64,000 nucleotides of DNA from Lama glama (lineage: Eukaryota). Every line of letters begins with the position of its first letter. Position 1 is the first letter of the stretch. This document shows, piece after piece, positions 38,330 through 51,405 of this stretch. Both the position numbers and the translations under genes were made by a program. Location: positions 22,446,001 through 22,510,000 of the forward strand of contig CM052816.1 of assembly GCA_028534125.1 (NCBI GenBank), given 5' to 3'. The notes beneath the pieces were generated by a model. It was given only the letters and a program-made list of their open reading frames with translations, was not told the DNA's origin and did no database searches.

Positions 38330-38841
38330 CAGAGGTCTCATTCTTGTGTCTGTTGAACCCATGTTTTCCTGAGGGTATTAGCTATTCTGTCTGCTTAACG
38401 GAGAATGGCACAGGAGTAAACCCTGAACTGGATCAGTCCTGGTGAGCAGGAGAGGCGGAGATGAGCCCCCCTGCTAGAGCATCCCAGGCCCCACAGAATC
38501 CCTGGGACCTTTTGCTGACCTCCAGCAGGCAGCTTCTCCAATCAGGGTTTCTTTAAAGCCTTAGGTGAATCCACAGAGGCACATTCACTCTCTTCTAGAG
38601 GCTGAAGACTGAGAAGTTAAATAGGGACATAAATGCTGGAGAACTGCTGGTCAGTTACACCTAGGTTAGTAACTTCTTGCCAAAGCAGGACTTTCTTCAC
38701 TGCTGTCCTACTCCCCGAACTGGCAAGGGCACTGATCCTCTCGGCTGCTAGGGAGAGGCAGGTGTCTGCAGTAAAGCGTGCAGGCCATGACTGTTCCAAG
38801 GCAAAGCAAGAAAAAGGCAACTGAGGCTTAAAAAAAAACCC

Positions 38842-38980
38842 TTCTCTTCTCAAACTTCAGCATGTATCAGAATCCCTGGGTGGCTTGTATAAACACAGAT
38901 AGCTGGGCCCTACCTTAAGTTTCTGGTGCAGTAGATCCGGGAGTAGCCAATGATTTGCCTGGGACATTGGAGAACCACTG
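38842..38980. mobile_element. MER5A-like hAT-Charlie DNA element
   Basis: ttctcaaacttcagcatgtatcagaatccctgggtggcttgtataaacacagatagctgggccc...gagaaccactg. Confidence 0.8.
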
Positions 38981-40552
38981 TTCTATCCCATTCTCCCATT
39001 TTCTGCTTCTGGCTTTCCCTGGCACCAGGCTGCTGCTACCCAATTATCCTGCGCAAACTAGTTCTCGGATGGTTTTCCATCTGAGAGGAGGGGTGCGTTT
39101 CTCCTCTGTTAGTTCCTAAATTCACAGTTCTCTTTGGCTTCTATAATTTCTCCAGCATTCATTTTGGAAAATGGAGCCTGAAATTTGTGTTATTTCATCA
39201 TCTTGGCAAAACCAGAACCCACACCTCTTTCAACTTCCTCCTGTCTCCGGAGTTTAATGTTTACCTAAAACCTTGGTGATGAGTCATGCTGGTTGTGCCA
39301 GATAAAAATGAAATGATGTAGAAAATGTCTCATTAAACTGACTATTCTTGTTCAATTAAGTAACAACATAAAGCACACCAATTATGCAAAGCTGTCATCC
39401 GAAATCATGTCCAACAATAGGTCGCCTCTATTACATTAAGTTCCCTCTGGAAAACGCATTAAAATAAAAGGTCAGCTTGGTGGAGAAGGAAGTGGTAAAG
39501 GATCATGAAAAGAAAGCAGAGCAGTGCAAAAAGTTTCTAAAACCACAGACTGTGAACCCAAAGCTATAGTTATATGATTTTGAGACCAAGAATTTTCAGA
39601 CTGTTCAATGTTTCCCTTATGTTGGAAATAAAAGTCTTCAGAATCTTGATTATGCAGCAGTATTTTAATTACATATGTAGGGTTTTTTTAAAAAATTATC
39701 TAATGCTACTTAAGTAACATGTACAATAACTCAGAATAAGGTAATAGTTTATAGCCAGTGACTCACTGTAAAGGGGGAAATTGAACTGTTTTTTTTAAAT
39801 GAAGGAAAACAAAGAGGAATAAAATGAAAAAGAAAAACTATAAACTCTACAGTGAGACTGGGAACTTGTCAAAGGCAAATTATTCATTTTTACCTGAATC
39901 ACACACATACACACACAGACAAATACACACATAATACATTTCTTGTTTATAAGTGTATTTATACCCTTTGCTTTCAGGTGGAGTCCTTTGATTGCTGTAA
40001 GCATGCCTGCTATAGGATAAAGACTAAACTATACACATGTACCTAAAACAAAAGAAAGTAAAGTAAGTGATTTTAAACTATTAGAAAGAGTTCTACATAC
40101 ACTTAGTCTACATGTAATTTCTCGTAGACTCATCCTCCCCTCTGCCCTCCTACCCCACTGCTCCTAAATATAGAAGAACATAGCAACCTTTGAAAAACAC
40201 TGCTCTAGCCAATGTAAAAGACCTGAAATCAACAACAGTGCATACTTAAAAGGACGCTTTTCCTCTTTAAATTGGGAAGAGTTAAGGATAATTTCACAGC
40301 TCCTCAGAGGCGGCTGTCAAGAGAGCCACCAACACAGACCTCAGTGCCTGAGCCTCTCTGCCTCATCTCACAGGAAGCCGAGACCCCTTGTCTGTGGCCC
40401 TCTTCTCCCTGAAGAAAGGCTATGAAAGATGAGTGCCAAATTATAGTAATTTAGACTTTATAACAATTTTCTGGTAGCAGACAATAATTGACGTTCATCT
40501 GTGGAGTGGAGTGAGGTTAACGATTCACATTTTTATTATGAAGGAATCTTAC

Positions 40553-40563
40553 CCTGCTGAAAT
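40553..40563 (-). other. Candidate 11-nt microexon ATTTCAGCAGG
   Basis: Branch-like ccctaac, long U tract (ttttttttttttggcag) and donor AGG|gtaaga, in repeat-free sequence. Confidence 0.45.
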
Positions 40564-41654
40564 CTGCCAAAAAAAAAAAAACCCCAAAAAACAGCCAATA
40601 CGTATTGCTTTTGCAATTGTGTTAGGGCTCATGGCTCCTAAGGAGAGCATTGTTCAAGTCAATCCTTTGCTCACCATGTGAATTATTCTACCTCAGTGGT
40701 TCAAGAAAAATGAGCATGGGATGCTAAATGGAATTCCTTGATGCGGATTTAATCATGTAAACTCTCCCTCCTGTATTCGTGACTGTGATGAAAGTTTCCT
40801 TTGAACATGTCAGAACTGTTTGTCAAGACATTTCACTGCTCAGGAAACGCCCCTGCCTATCCAAAAAGCCTAACATAAAGCCTCAGATCTGCAGTGAGCA
40901 GTTTTTCTTCTGATGGTCTTGGTTTTCATTAAATACATGGCTGCAATCCTCAGCCATGCTAGAAAGAAAAAAGAAAGACAACTTTGGAGGTGCAGCAAAG
41001 TTTGGAAAGTGCCACAGTCACCTGTTTCACAACTTTCTGTGCCCACCTTCAACTTACAGGCCTTGTGTCCTTGGAGGGAAGTCGTCTTTGTGGACTCATT
41101 TCAAAGGGCTTTCTCTGAACAGGAACGCTCCCACTCCCCACGGTGTGGTGAAGTCAGACCGCGCAGGCTGCACCTTCACCCGTGCAGTTACTGAAAACAA
41201 CAACAACGGACTTCTCAATGTAACAAACCAAAGAGCACAATGCCTGTACTTAAGATGCTGCCGTGCTCTGAAGTACGATGTTCTGAATGCTTAAGAGCAA
41301 TTTTGCAACACATAACCTGTTCACTGAGAGAGCAACTAGAGATACGTATTTTCCCCCAAGGCAGGGAATCTGGGAGTGAAGGGGATTAAATAGGCCCAGA
41401 GTGTATACCTCTGCCTCGTCCTCCTGGAAAAGAAAGCAGCAGCCTTCTGCTGGAACTGCAAACCCAGAGCAAAACAGCAACCATTGTGCCATTCCCTCAG
41501 GGCAACGAATCCATGTGTTAGTGGAGGATTTCTGAATACAAGTACCTTTATTCCAAAGAACTCTCAGGGGTGGACTTTCTAGTGTTGTGAGACATCAATG
41601 GGGAAGATAATTTGTGGGAAGGAACAGAAAATAGGATTTAAAAGAGCCAAGGTT

Positions 41655-41765
41655 TCGGTGGTTTCATGGGTGTATACATCTATCAAAAATCATCAAATTG
41701 TACATCTGAAATATGTGTAGTGTATTGCACAGGAACCACACCACAATAAAGGTATTAAAAAAATA
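41655..41765 (+). mobile_element. Short old L1 3' end
   Basis: gtggtttcatgggtgtatacatctatcaaaaatcatcaaattgtacat...cacaataaaggtattaaaaaa. Confidence 0.75.
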
Positions 41766-42039
41766 AATGAAGAGTGAAGGTTTTGCCATCAGAGTGATTT
41801 GGGGTTTTAATCCCACAAAGGCAAAAGACATTCTTGAGTTAATTCTTTCTATTCTCTGAGAGTCATTTTTCTTGTCTAAGAAATGAGGATTGACAAGATT
41901 TTCTCTAAGATCTATTTAAGTTTGAATATGGTATCTAAGGTATCTTCCTATACAAAGGCAATAAAAAAATCACTACAATCACACATGGGGCTGTTTTCTT
42001 TGCTACCTTTGGTTTAAGGTTGAGACACCATTTTGGTTA

Positions 42040-42230
42040 AGAGATCAGACCTCAGTCGGGCAGACCTGCGTTTGAGTATTGGTACTTCCACCCACCTGCT
42101 GCACCATCCCAGGTCTAAGCCTCACCTTCCCTACCTGAAAAATGGAGAGGAAAACAATTTGCCTTACAGGGGTGGTTCTGAGAATTAAATGTGTTAATTC
42201 AGGTGATGACTTGCAAAGCATGTGAATGTT
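42040..42230 (+). mobile_element. MIR
   Basis: cctcaccttccctacctgaaaaatggag...cttacaggggtggttctgagaattaaatg. Confidence 0.65.
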
Positions 42231-44764
42231 TATACACACAATTGTAGGTTTTTTTTTTTTAATCACTTTTTACTCTTAGAAATGCATTTGCTCTTAAAGA
42301 GACCAAAGACACTGGCCCAGTATTTTCTCCTTTGACTCTCAGCATCGATCTATATCCTTTAAGTTCCTTTCAGAAGCCTGTAACCATTTCTGTTTACATG
42401 ACTGTTCGCTATAAGAATCGATTCTGTTCCATGAACTCTTTTCTCGCTACTCTTACTTTAGATCTTTGTTGTTGTCACATCGGGATAGCATGGAGAATAC
42501 TATTGACATCACCCTCTGAAACCCGAGAGATCTGCGCTTTTATCAAGCATCCTACATTTTAAAAATAACTATGATTGAGCAAGATTTTAATCTTTCTTTT
42601 ATTTTCAGGATTCCAACATTCTTCATATGTTGCTTATTTTTTTTAATTGAGAAGCAACATTGCTATAAAAATAGTTTTTTCCACTAAGGAAAGGAGTATA
42701 CAAATGTTGGAGATATGATGAGGGAAAGATTAAGTCTGTGAGCAAGATGCTGCCTAGTGCGTCTGTGAGAAGGAGAAAACTGGGAGGAGAAGGAAACAGG
42801 CTGAGAAACGAACCTGAACAGAATCAACCAAAGGGAAGGAGAAGATTTAAAAAAATAAGAGAATGGCACCAAAAGAGACAGGCCGGAGAAGAGCGAAGAA
42901 AAATAAACATTTATAGCAAGTCCCATATATGACAAGTTCAACCCACATTTGAATGGAAATACCAAAAGAAACACTGGGGTGAGATCGAATAAAAGGTATC
43001 CACGACCCACATAAAATGGAGATTCTTTTCCCTAAACTTTATTTATTTATTTATTTTTCATCAGGGTACGTTTATTCTCAAAACTTACTGCCCCCCTTGT
43101 ACCATTTTCTAGCTCCTTTTACGATTATCACTAAGTCTAAATAATTCATTGAAATATAAAAATCTGTTCTAACATGTTTTTCCCTCCTCCATCCCAAGAA
43201 GGTAGTTAGACCAGCATTCAAACCATCCATAGAAATTACCTAAAGTAGTGCACTAAGAAAATACACTGTACCCTCAGGCCAGGGGTGAACTGGACATAAA
43301 AGCACATTGCAGAGGAAATCTGCCTGTCTTGATGGCCAGAAGGAACAAAAAGAAATCTCCCTGACAATGTGAACAAAAAAAAAAAACTGACTCTCAGAAT
43401 GGTTTACAGCACAAGTGCTGAAGGGCATATCAGTAATGAGCTGCTATTATTAGCTGTTACTTAAAAAAATCCATTATCTTTCCAAAATAAAGAGAGCTGT
43501 GTTAAGATTACAGAGAACGCAGGAATATGGAAAGAAAATGTGTTTCTGTTATTGAAAATTGAAAGAGACTGAATTCAGCAACAGGTAGTGCCTGCTCGTA
43601 TTCATGTGTAGATAAAACAAAAGGAGACAGGGAGGAAATGTGCCTTTCTGGAGGCACTAGAGCTAATTTAATTAAAAGCCTCAGAGAGGCAGAGATTGCA
43701 GGTTCTTACTTAAGGCCCGACAGAAGCAAGGATCACAGAAGAGGTAGCCCATTCAGTTCTGAGAGGAAAAAACAAAATCATTTTTTCATGATTTCTCCAA
43801 GGAATGCACAGTTTCTGAATGCCACACAGTCTTCATTCTCTCCTATTCTAACTTCCCTAAACCTCATACTCGATAGACAAAAAACAAAAACATAAACCAG
43901 CCCATAGGTGATCATACGTTTAAAGAGCATCTCTGGAGTGTCTGCTCTGAAGCTGGCACTGAGATAAGCAAAGGCAACACAGAAATGAGCGAGATATGCT
44001 CTGAGCCCAGGAGCAAGTGGGGGAAGCTTGGCAGGGGAGGAAGAAAAATGGAGACCGAAGCTTTAAAACATGAACAGGGAAAGTGACATGCAGCAGAGGC
44101 TGGCATGGCCAAGCATGGTGGGAAAATAGGAGGCAGAGCAATTAGTTTTGATGGAGAGCACCAGTAGTTGTGTCTCAGCTGAGAGGAAGGAGGCCCAAGG
44201 AACAGAAGTAGATGTGTTTGTTCAGTGAGTAAGAAGAAGAGAACGCTATTCCAGGCAGGAGATGGCACGGGAAAAGGCACAAAGATGCGAAAGGATTGTG
44301 TTCACGTGAAGAGAACATGTGTTACAGAGTAGATCACCAGCCAAGTTACAGCAAGAGCAGACACCTTCCCAAACAAGAAGTCACTGGGCCATCGGCAGTG
44401 GACTTTTCTGGGCTTGTGTGGCGCGGTCAAGTTCTCTTCCATTGCGAGGGGTGAGATGGACCACAGCTGGCTCAGGGATACCAGTAAATGCCTAGGGATT
44501 CCTAGATATATTTGCCTGCAAGAAATTGTATTATCTGTTAATTTGGGAATACTGGGAGTGGTACTTAGGGGTGCACCGTAGCAGTGCTGAGAAATTCACT
44601 TGGTACTAACACAGAGTTAGAGAGGACACAAGTGATGTAATTCTTATTATGGGAGGCTACTTATTTATATGATGTATACAAAACAACTTTCTTACTTTTG
44701 AAGAAATCTGTTAAGGCTGTAAGGTGAAAAACTAATTTTCTGATAAGTAGTTGAGGAACTAAGG

Positions 44765-44890
44765 CATGCATTCATTCACTGATTCACTCAACCAGTGTCA
44801 TTCACTGGATCAGTACCATTCTAGGTGCTAAAGACACAGCAGTGAAGAGGACAACATCACTGCTCACATGGCACTCAGATTCTACTGGAA
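44765..44890 (-). mobile_element. L2 3' fragment
   Basis: cattcattcactgattcactcaac...ttctaggtgctaaagacacagcagtgaag. Confidence 0.65.
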
Positions 44891-44949
44891 TCACCAAAAC
44901 CTTACCAGTCTTGATGTAATCAGCCGCAGCCGTTAACACGGCATAAAAT

Positions 44950-45092
44950 ACATTCCGAAAATGATGTGTATCAAGGTCACCTGGAGATATTTTTTTAATA
45001 TACAGAGCCCTAGGCTCCAAACACTAAACATCCTGTAATTTGAAGAAGTCTCCCTGGAGACCCTTCATATGCAGTCAGGCCTAAGAAACAAT
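44950..45092. mobile_element. MER5-like DNA element
   Basis: gtgtatcaaggtcacctggagatattttttaatatacagagccctaggctcc...ccctggagacccttcatatgcagtcagg. Confidence 0.55.
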
Positions 45093-45942
45093 AACGGAGA
45101 CCATTATCCTGGGAACTGCAGAAACTAACCAAGGGAGCAGTCACTTTTGTGAGACTGGCTGTCTAAATCAACCTAACCACCGAGCACAGCTCCTGCTGGT
45201 ATCGAGCACTTTAGATATATGTACAAAATATGACAGATATTGATTTTGTGTATATTTAGATGGGAGAATACATATTTTACACATGCCTGGGTGTGTGTAC
45301 AACCGTGCTTGTGCACTTTGTGTCTTTTTCAGTGTACTGTATCGGGGACTAACTGTCGACTCCACACAACCTCACCAGCATTGTACCCTTTCTGCAGTTT
45401 TCTATGAAGACAGCGAAAGGTGGGATGTAGGAGAGTAATTTAGAGTTGATCTACAGTAAACGTTTTAAATTTATTTATTTTACCTTAGTGATATATGGCT
45501 TGCCTAAAGGGTTGTTCACCTCAAAAATCCCTTTATAAGTCATTTGGAGTTAAGTAAACATCTCAATGGCTTATGCCATGTATTTCATTAGTTTACTCAG
45601 CAAGCATTTTCAATATTCATTCTGTTTAAAATAAGAACTTAAAAAAGTAATTCAACAGCACGAGAAGGTCATGTTAATACCCAGTGAGAGGTTGGGTGTG
45701 GGCTGACCACCCTCTCTTCTCTACTTTCTTTCCCAAACTCTGCTCATTTGTCCTAAAAGATTAACCTAATGTGTAAAAGCAGCTGTATTCTTCTTCAAGA
45801 ATCACATCATGAAATTCTCCCCAAATGTCTTTTTATAAATTTAAAGCTTCTACAGATTAAATTCAAAACCCCATAAAGAATACTCCAAATTGAGAAATCC
45901 AGGTAAGAATGCGAAGCTTAACACTTTTAGAAAATAAAATAC

Positions 45943-45999
45943 CTTCTGCAATTTTTTTTCTATTCACTTTTTTAGATTTCCATTTACTCTCTTCAGAGA
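45943..45999 (-). other. Candidate 57-nt exon
   Basis: Acceptor atgttgcctttcag, donor AAG|gtattt (moderate). Open phase 1-1 frame SEESKWKSKKVNRKKIAE. Confidence 0.25.
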
Positions 46000-46689
46000 C
46001 TGAAAGGCAACATTTCTGCCATGTCAACGGAAGAAAGATTTGTATCTGAACTGCATGATACTGGAATAGATAGACTACAGCTTAAATATTTTTCCTTTTG
46101 GTTTTTGGTAGATGTTCATTCCAGAAACTTCTAATGTTTTACTTTAAATGGTAAAAAATTTATACAATAGTTTTCAAAGTGGGCTTAACATTCTTAGAAT
46201 AACATAACAGAAAACACTCATATCCTGTCTCAGTGATAATATTTCAGAAGACATTGTAGGATATTTATGACCAGTAGTCAGAAGTTGGAGGCATGTGGTG
46301 ATGGTGGTTTAGGGAAGAAAAGAATGTGTTAACACACTGGTAAAGACATGGGTTAGCAATAATATAAGCACTGCTTGTAGGATAAGATTAGAAGTTGAAA
46401 ACAAAAGCATGACAAGAGAGATCCTAGGGATATGCAAAGTCAAGGAAAATCTATGTTCTTCACCACCTGCCTGTTTCTTTTCCTACATGAAAAGTAGTGG
46501 AAAGATAACTTATCTGAAATATTAAAAATAACCTAAAGTGTCATTTTCAGCAGGTTTCTAACTGAGGCAGAAGCCCTTCCCTGTCTTTTTTTACTGCTCT
46601 ACAAATCAGTGATTTTTCTCATAAGCATTTTTTCATGTTTAACAAACCACTGTAATAACTGTACATGAGACATTAAGGAACCTTCTTAC

Positions 46690-46801
46690 CTGCATTACAA
46701 GACTGTTCTGCTCTATTCTAGCACTGCTTCATTACTTTGAAAAGACTGACTTTTCATTTGTTCTCTTACTACTGTAAGTATCTCATGATGGAGTTTCATT
46801 T
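46690..46801 (-). other. Candidate 112-nt non-coding or poison exon
   Basis: Acceptor aattttttattgctttcag, donor CAG|gtaaga. Stops in all three frames. Confidence 0.3.
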
Positions 46802-47998
46802 CTGAAAGCAATAAAAAATTCGTTTGGTTCACAACTGAAGAGCTGGTTGTGAAGTACATTACCAAAGCTGTTCTTGATAAGCCTGTCCATTAAAATAAAA
46901 CAAGATAGTTGAGAAACTCCCATTAAATCATTACAGGAATTTCTTAAAGTTACCATTTTAAATTAAGGACTGACTTTATTACGGTGTTTATTCAATTTGC
47001 TCAAGAAATAGATCATTCTTGTAAATCCTGAATAAATAATGTATTAAAAAATCATGGCAAAGTGGTTTTAAACTAGAAAAAGTAGCTATTAAGTAATATC
47101 AAAACTAAGTGAATGCATCAAGAGTTTAAATTTAAAACTTTAAAAACACTGAACAAGATACCTCATGATTTCTTCTACAAAATAAGCAGAAAAAGCTTCT
47201 CTAATGTCTTTACACATGTCACAAATCACAGCAAGTATTATAATTACAGACAAAAAGTGTCAATAACAGGATCATTCAGATACACAACCCATTTTGACTT
47301 AAAATCATTTGCATCACAAATTACAAATTATTTTGGTTCTAAGTGGGATCTTCGATACGGAAATTTGTTTAGCAAAGCAGTCAGACAAACTGACAGTAGA
47401 AACTCCAGGTGTCTATGCAAGGAGAGTCTGGGGTTAATAACATGGTTGGAAGGGTCCCAGAAGCTGACTTTACAAAGTACTCTGCACTCGCTCAAAGAAT
47501 CTGTGACTTGCCCATGCCAAAGCAGCAGAAATGGATGATGGAAAGTTGGAGGTGGGGTGGAGGGGTGTTAAAGACACAGATGCCCCTGGTACCTGAGGTC
47601 AGGAGAGTGGAGGTGATGTAGAAGGAGACTGAAAACAAAGAAGGAAAATGAAGTAATCGTGGCCTCCAACACTACAGCTTTGGTCCCACACAGACTGTGT
47701 AGGGGTATCCTTTCAGCTTTAATCATTCAGGAGAAAGCTGGTCCAGCCAATAGGGGTCCTTATTAAATTTCTTAACAATTACTGCCTTTCACCTAAAGAG
47801 AGGAAATCCTCAGGGGTCATGTGAAAGAACTATCCTGGATTTGAATTCTGTTTCTCCACTTACTACCTGTGCAATTTTGAGCAAGTTACTTGATTTCATT
47901 CAGATTCTTTCTCCTCATCTTTAATTTAGAGATTTTAATAATCAGCCCCTAGCATGGTGCATGGTACACAATAGGCTTGCAATAAATGTGGATGAATG

Positions 47999-48180
47999 AG
48001 ATAAACAAGATTATACTGTATAGCACAGGGAAATATATACAAGATCTTGTGGTAGCTCACAGCGAAAAAAATGTGACAATGAATATATGTATGTTCATGT
48101 ATAACTGGAAGATTGTGCTCTACACTGGAATTTGACACAACATTGTAAAATGACTATAACTCAATAAAAAATGTTTAAAA
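47999..48180 (+). mobile_element. Young camelid-type L1 3' end inserted in a MIR/L2 remnant, 15-bp TSD
   Basis: ataaacaagattatactgtatagcacagggaaatatatacaagatcttgtggtagctcacagcg...ctataactcaataaaaa. TSD aaatgtggatgaatg at 47984-47998 and 48181-48195. Confidence 0.92.
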
Positions 48181-51100
48181 AAATGTGGATGAATGGATGA
48201 CTGAATGAATGCTTACCCTACCTGGTTTATATAAGACCCAAATAAGACTGTAAACAAAATGCCTGACAACTAAAAAGGACCCAACAAAGACTTTCTTCCC
48301 ATTCTCCACCTCCCACTACCCACCACTGCAACCTCTCTCCTATTTTTCATACTGGCTCAAAGTGAAAGAAGTCAACTGCTCAAGGTTAATCTCTATTTAG
48401 TTCCCACGGAACAGGCAAAAGAGGGAGGTGGGAAGATACAGTGATAGACAAGCAGGCGATCCCTCCCCTTTCCTCCCTAAGAACCTCCCCGCGTGGAGGC
48501 AGCAAGCACAGCCCCGGGCAGAGAGGCTGCCAGAAGCATCCTCAGACCCCAGCCTGTCCCAGACTGTAGAGACCTCCCACGGCAAACACTGATCAGAGGT
48601 TTGGGTCCAGGATTCAGCTAAGCCCTAAAAAAATACATTCACAAGTGACTCATGCCTCTCCATAACACTTAAAATCACAGGAATGTTCCCAGCCCCGCGT
48701 GCTTACTAGAGAAGGACAGTCTGCTGAGAGTGAGCAGCTGCACCTGGCGTGGTTCTGTTACAGCAGAAGAGTCTCCTGGTTCCTGCCGGCTTGCGGAAGT
48801 CCGGGGAAACCTGGTATGAAGCACGTAACTCCGTACCAGACTTTTGGCACTGCCACCAACTTTGTCTTTTTAATTTTTACTACAGCAGAATTGTGTAAAA
48901 CAAGAATAAAGAGTACTTTAACATACTGGTAACTCACAGTCTCCTTGACAGTAGAAGGGATTAAACTCAGGTAATCAGAACCATAATGCTTTTATCAAAG
49001 ATACTGTCACCTAAAGATGACACAGGGCAAAAACTGACATAAGGTATGCTTTCTCTCTTTGCATGGAAATTGATAACAAAATAGTCTAAGTCTCCTCTCC
49101 ACCCATATTAAGTTCATCTCTTATGAAAATCAGGTTTTCGTCCTAATTCCTCACCTTAGAATCAGAACTCAAAAAGAAATTAAAGATTCTTGCGCCTTTG
49201 TCATATCCACGAGCAGTATATGCTGTCATACTGGCTGCATGCATATTCTAAGCATACATCAAAATAATACAAAGAGAGAAAAACACTTCTTTACCGGAAC
49301 GGGAAGGGAGCAAGGTCTGTGGAGAGAAAAATAACCCTCTCAATATTTGGGGAAAACCTGTAGCAATGAAAAGTAGGAGACTGCACAAAATGAAACCAAA
49401 ACAACAACAACAAAAAGTATCTTTCAATTCTCATCGTCCTTTCCTAACTCTTTTTGTCAAACTGTTCTCTTCTTCCTCTTCCAGTACACCTCTAAGTGGT
49501 TAGCTGCGTCTGTCTCAGAAAAACTCTGAAACAGGAGGTAAGGTGGTAATATTGCCAGGATCACTTAGGTGTGGGCCTGCTGAAAACAGAGTGTAAAATA
49601 TGTACTCCTTCAGCCTGTCTTTCAGACCAGCATTCTAGCCACCAAAAAGCTTTCGTATCAGACAGGCTTCAGTTTTAATCATACATCTCCTTCCTAGTTG
49701 TGTGGCTTTGGAAATTTTATTTCAACTTTCTGACCCTCAACTCCCCTTCGGGAAAAAAGATATGGGAAAAAAACAGCGTTCCATGAGTTTAAATTTAATA
49801 ATACATGTCTGGGGCCATGGAGAAAATATTTTTGTATTTCAGCATAGTTAGGGATTTTTGAGCAAATTTTACTCCAACTTGGCCCTGGCTAACAGCAAGC
49901 CTTGGAGCTCAATTTAGGACTGATGTACATAGTGAGAGAACTCCTGAGAGAGACAGGAGACATCCCTGGGTTGTAAAGGTGGAGACCCTAGTCTTGTCTT
50001 TCCTCTGGAGAGATTTATTTGTATTCTAAAGGGTTAGAGTAAGAACTCAGGACCCTTCCCATCGTGATTCCAAGGAGACCCTATCAGGAAGCGGGGTGGG
50101 TAACATACTTAAGAACCCATATTCAATGTTTCAGGATTTCTTGCTTAAAATACACTCCTTATGTACTGAGTTTTAATTTATCTTGCTCTCATCACAACAT
50201 ACCAAGGGTAAGAGCTGGGGCACAGGGAATCAAGTGGTTGCTGTACGCTGTATATAAACAATAACACTAGTATGCTCTCCTCCAGAAACTTCATGTATGT
50301 TTTCAGGATAATATTAATAAATATGAAAAACTTAAACTTTACAACATATAAATTATCTAAAAGAGTACCTGACATATAGTAGACACTTAATAATGGTCAT
50401 CATTTTTTCAACTGAAAAAATGAACAAACATCCTTTTCAACCACACAAACTCTTCTGAAATGTGTAAATTTTTTTTTCCAGTCAGGATTTCAACATGAGA
50501 TTTATAGGTAAATTTCAGATTAATAAAACCTGACATTCATAAAGCCATAGCTGAAACACAGACAAACTAGGAATAATTGTTCATATTACAAACAGACTTT
50601 TCACTTCCTAATAGAAACTTGGCAGAAGTGAAGGTCACTCTTAGAAGTTAATAAAATTTCAGCTTTTATTTAAAATGTCCAACATTAAAATACACCCTTT
50701 CTGACATCCAAATTTGTAATGTCTTTGGAGGCTGTTAACCACAGAAGCTCCAAGGAACAAAGAAACGATATGGGCTGCATGTACTTACACTAGTAGTGAT
50801 GATGGTGTATGAATCAAGTACTAGTAATAACAATTATAGCAAAAACATCAATAATTAACGTATTAGACACCCAATCTATGCCAGACACTGCTAGTTTATG
50901 TTTTCTTTTATGTAGAACTCACAACGAGCTCTTAGTTATATGTCTTCTTTTTTGCAAATGAGGAAAATGAATTTTAATGAAGCTAAATAATCTGTCCGAG
51001 ATCATTAAGTATCAGAGACTTAACACACACCTCTCTGAGGCATAGACCACACACATTACCACTACAGTCTCCCAAGGGGATAATTCAGATGGAAATACTG

Positions 51101-51390
51101 GCAATATTGGGGAAAAAGAGGTTGCTAGATAGAGTGTAGTGGCCCATGTCTCTGGCTTCCTGACATCACCTTTGAAATTAAGTAAACCACCACAGAAAGA
51201 CTTGTAATTACTGCAAATTATCAGAAAGAGAAAAGAATCATTCAAAATCAAAGCTGGATTACTTATCATACTTCTGAGATAAAATAAACTCTCCAGGTAA
51301 CAGGTTTGTTATATGGGTACATGCACATGCTGAGCCAAACAAACACAACCTCATACATTTGTACACATATGTATGCACACATACACTCAC

Positions 51391-51405
51391 CCAGGTACTT
51401 AACAT
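51391..51405 (-). other. Candidate 15-nt microexon ATGTTAAGTACCTGG
   Basis: Acceptor ttttttcccttgtaaatccag, donor TGG|gtgagt, GCATG and TGCATG 60-70 nt downstream. Frame-preserving (xVKYLx or MLSTW). Confidence 0.45.

Noticed and set aside
42963..43031. 69-nt minus-strand exon open in all frames
   Set aside because: The acceptor is preceded by A-rich (AAAT)n rather than a pyrimidine tract, and the donor is weak.
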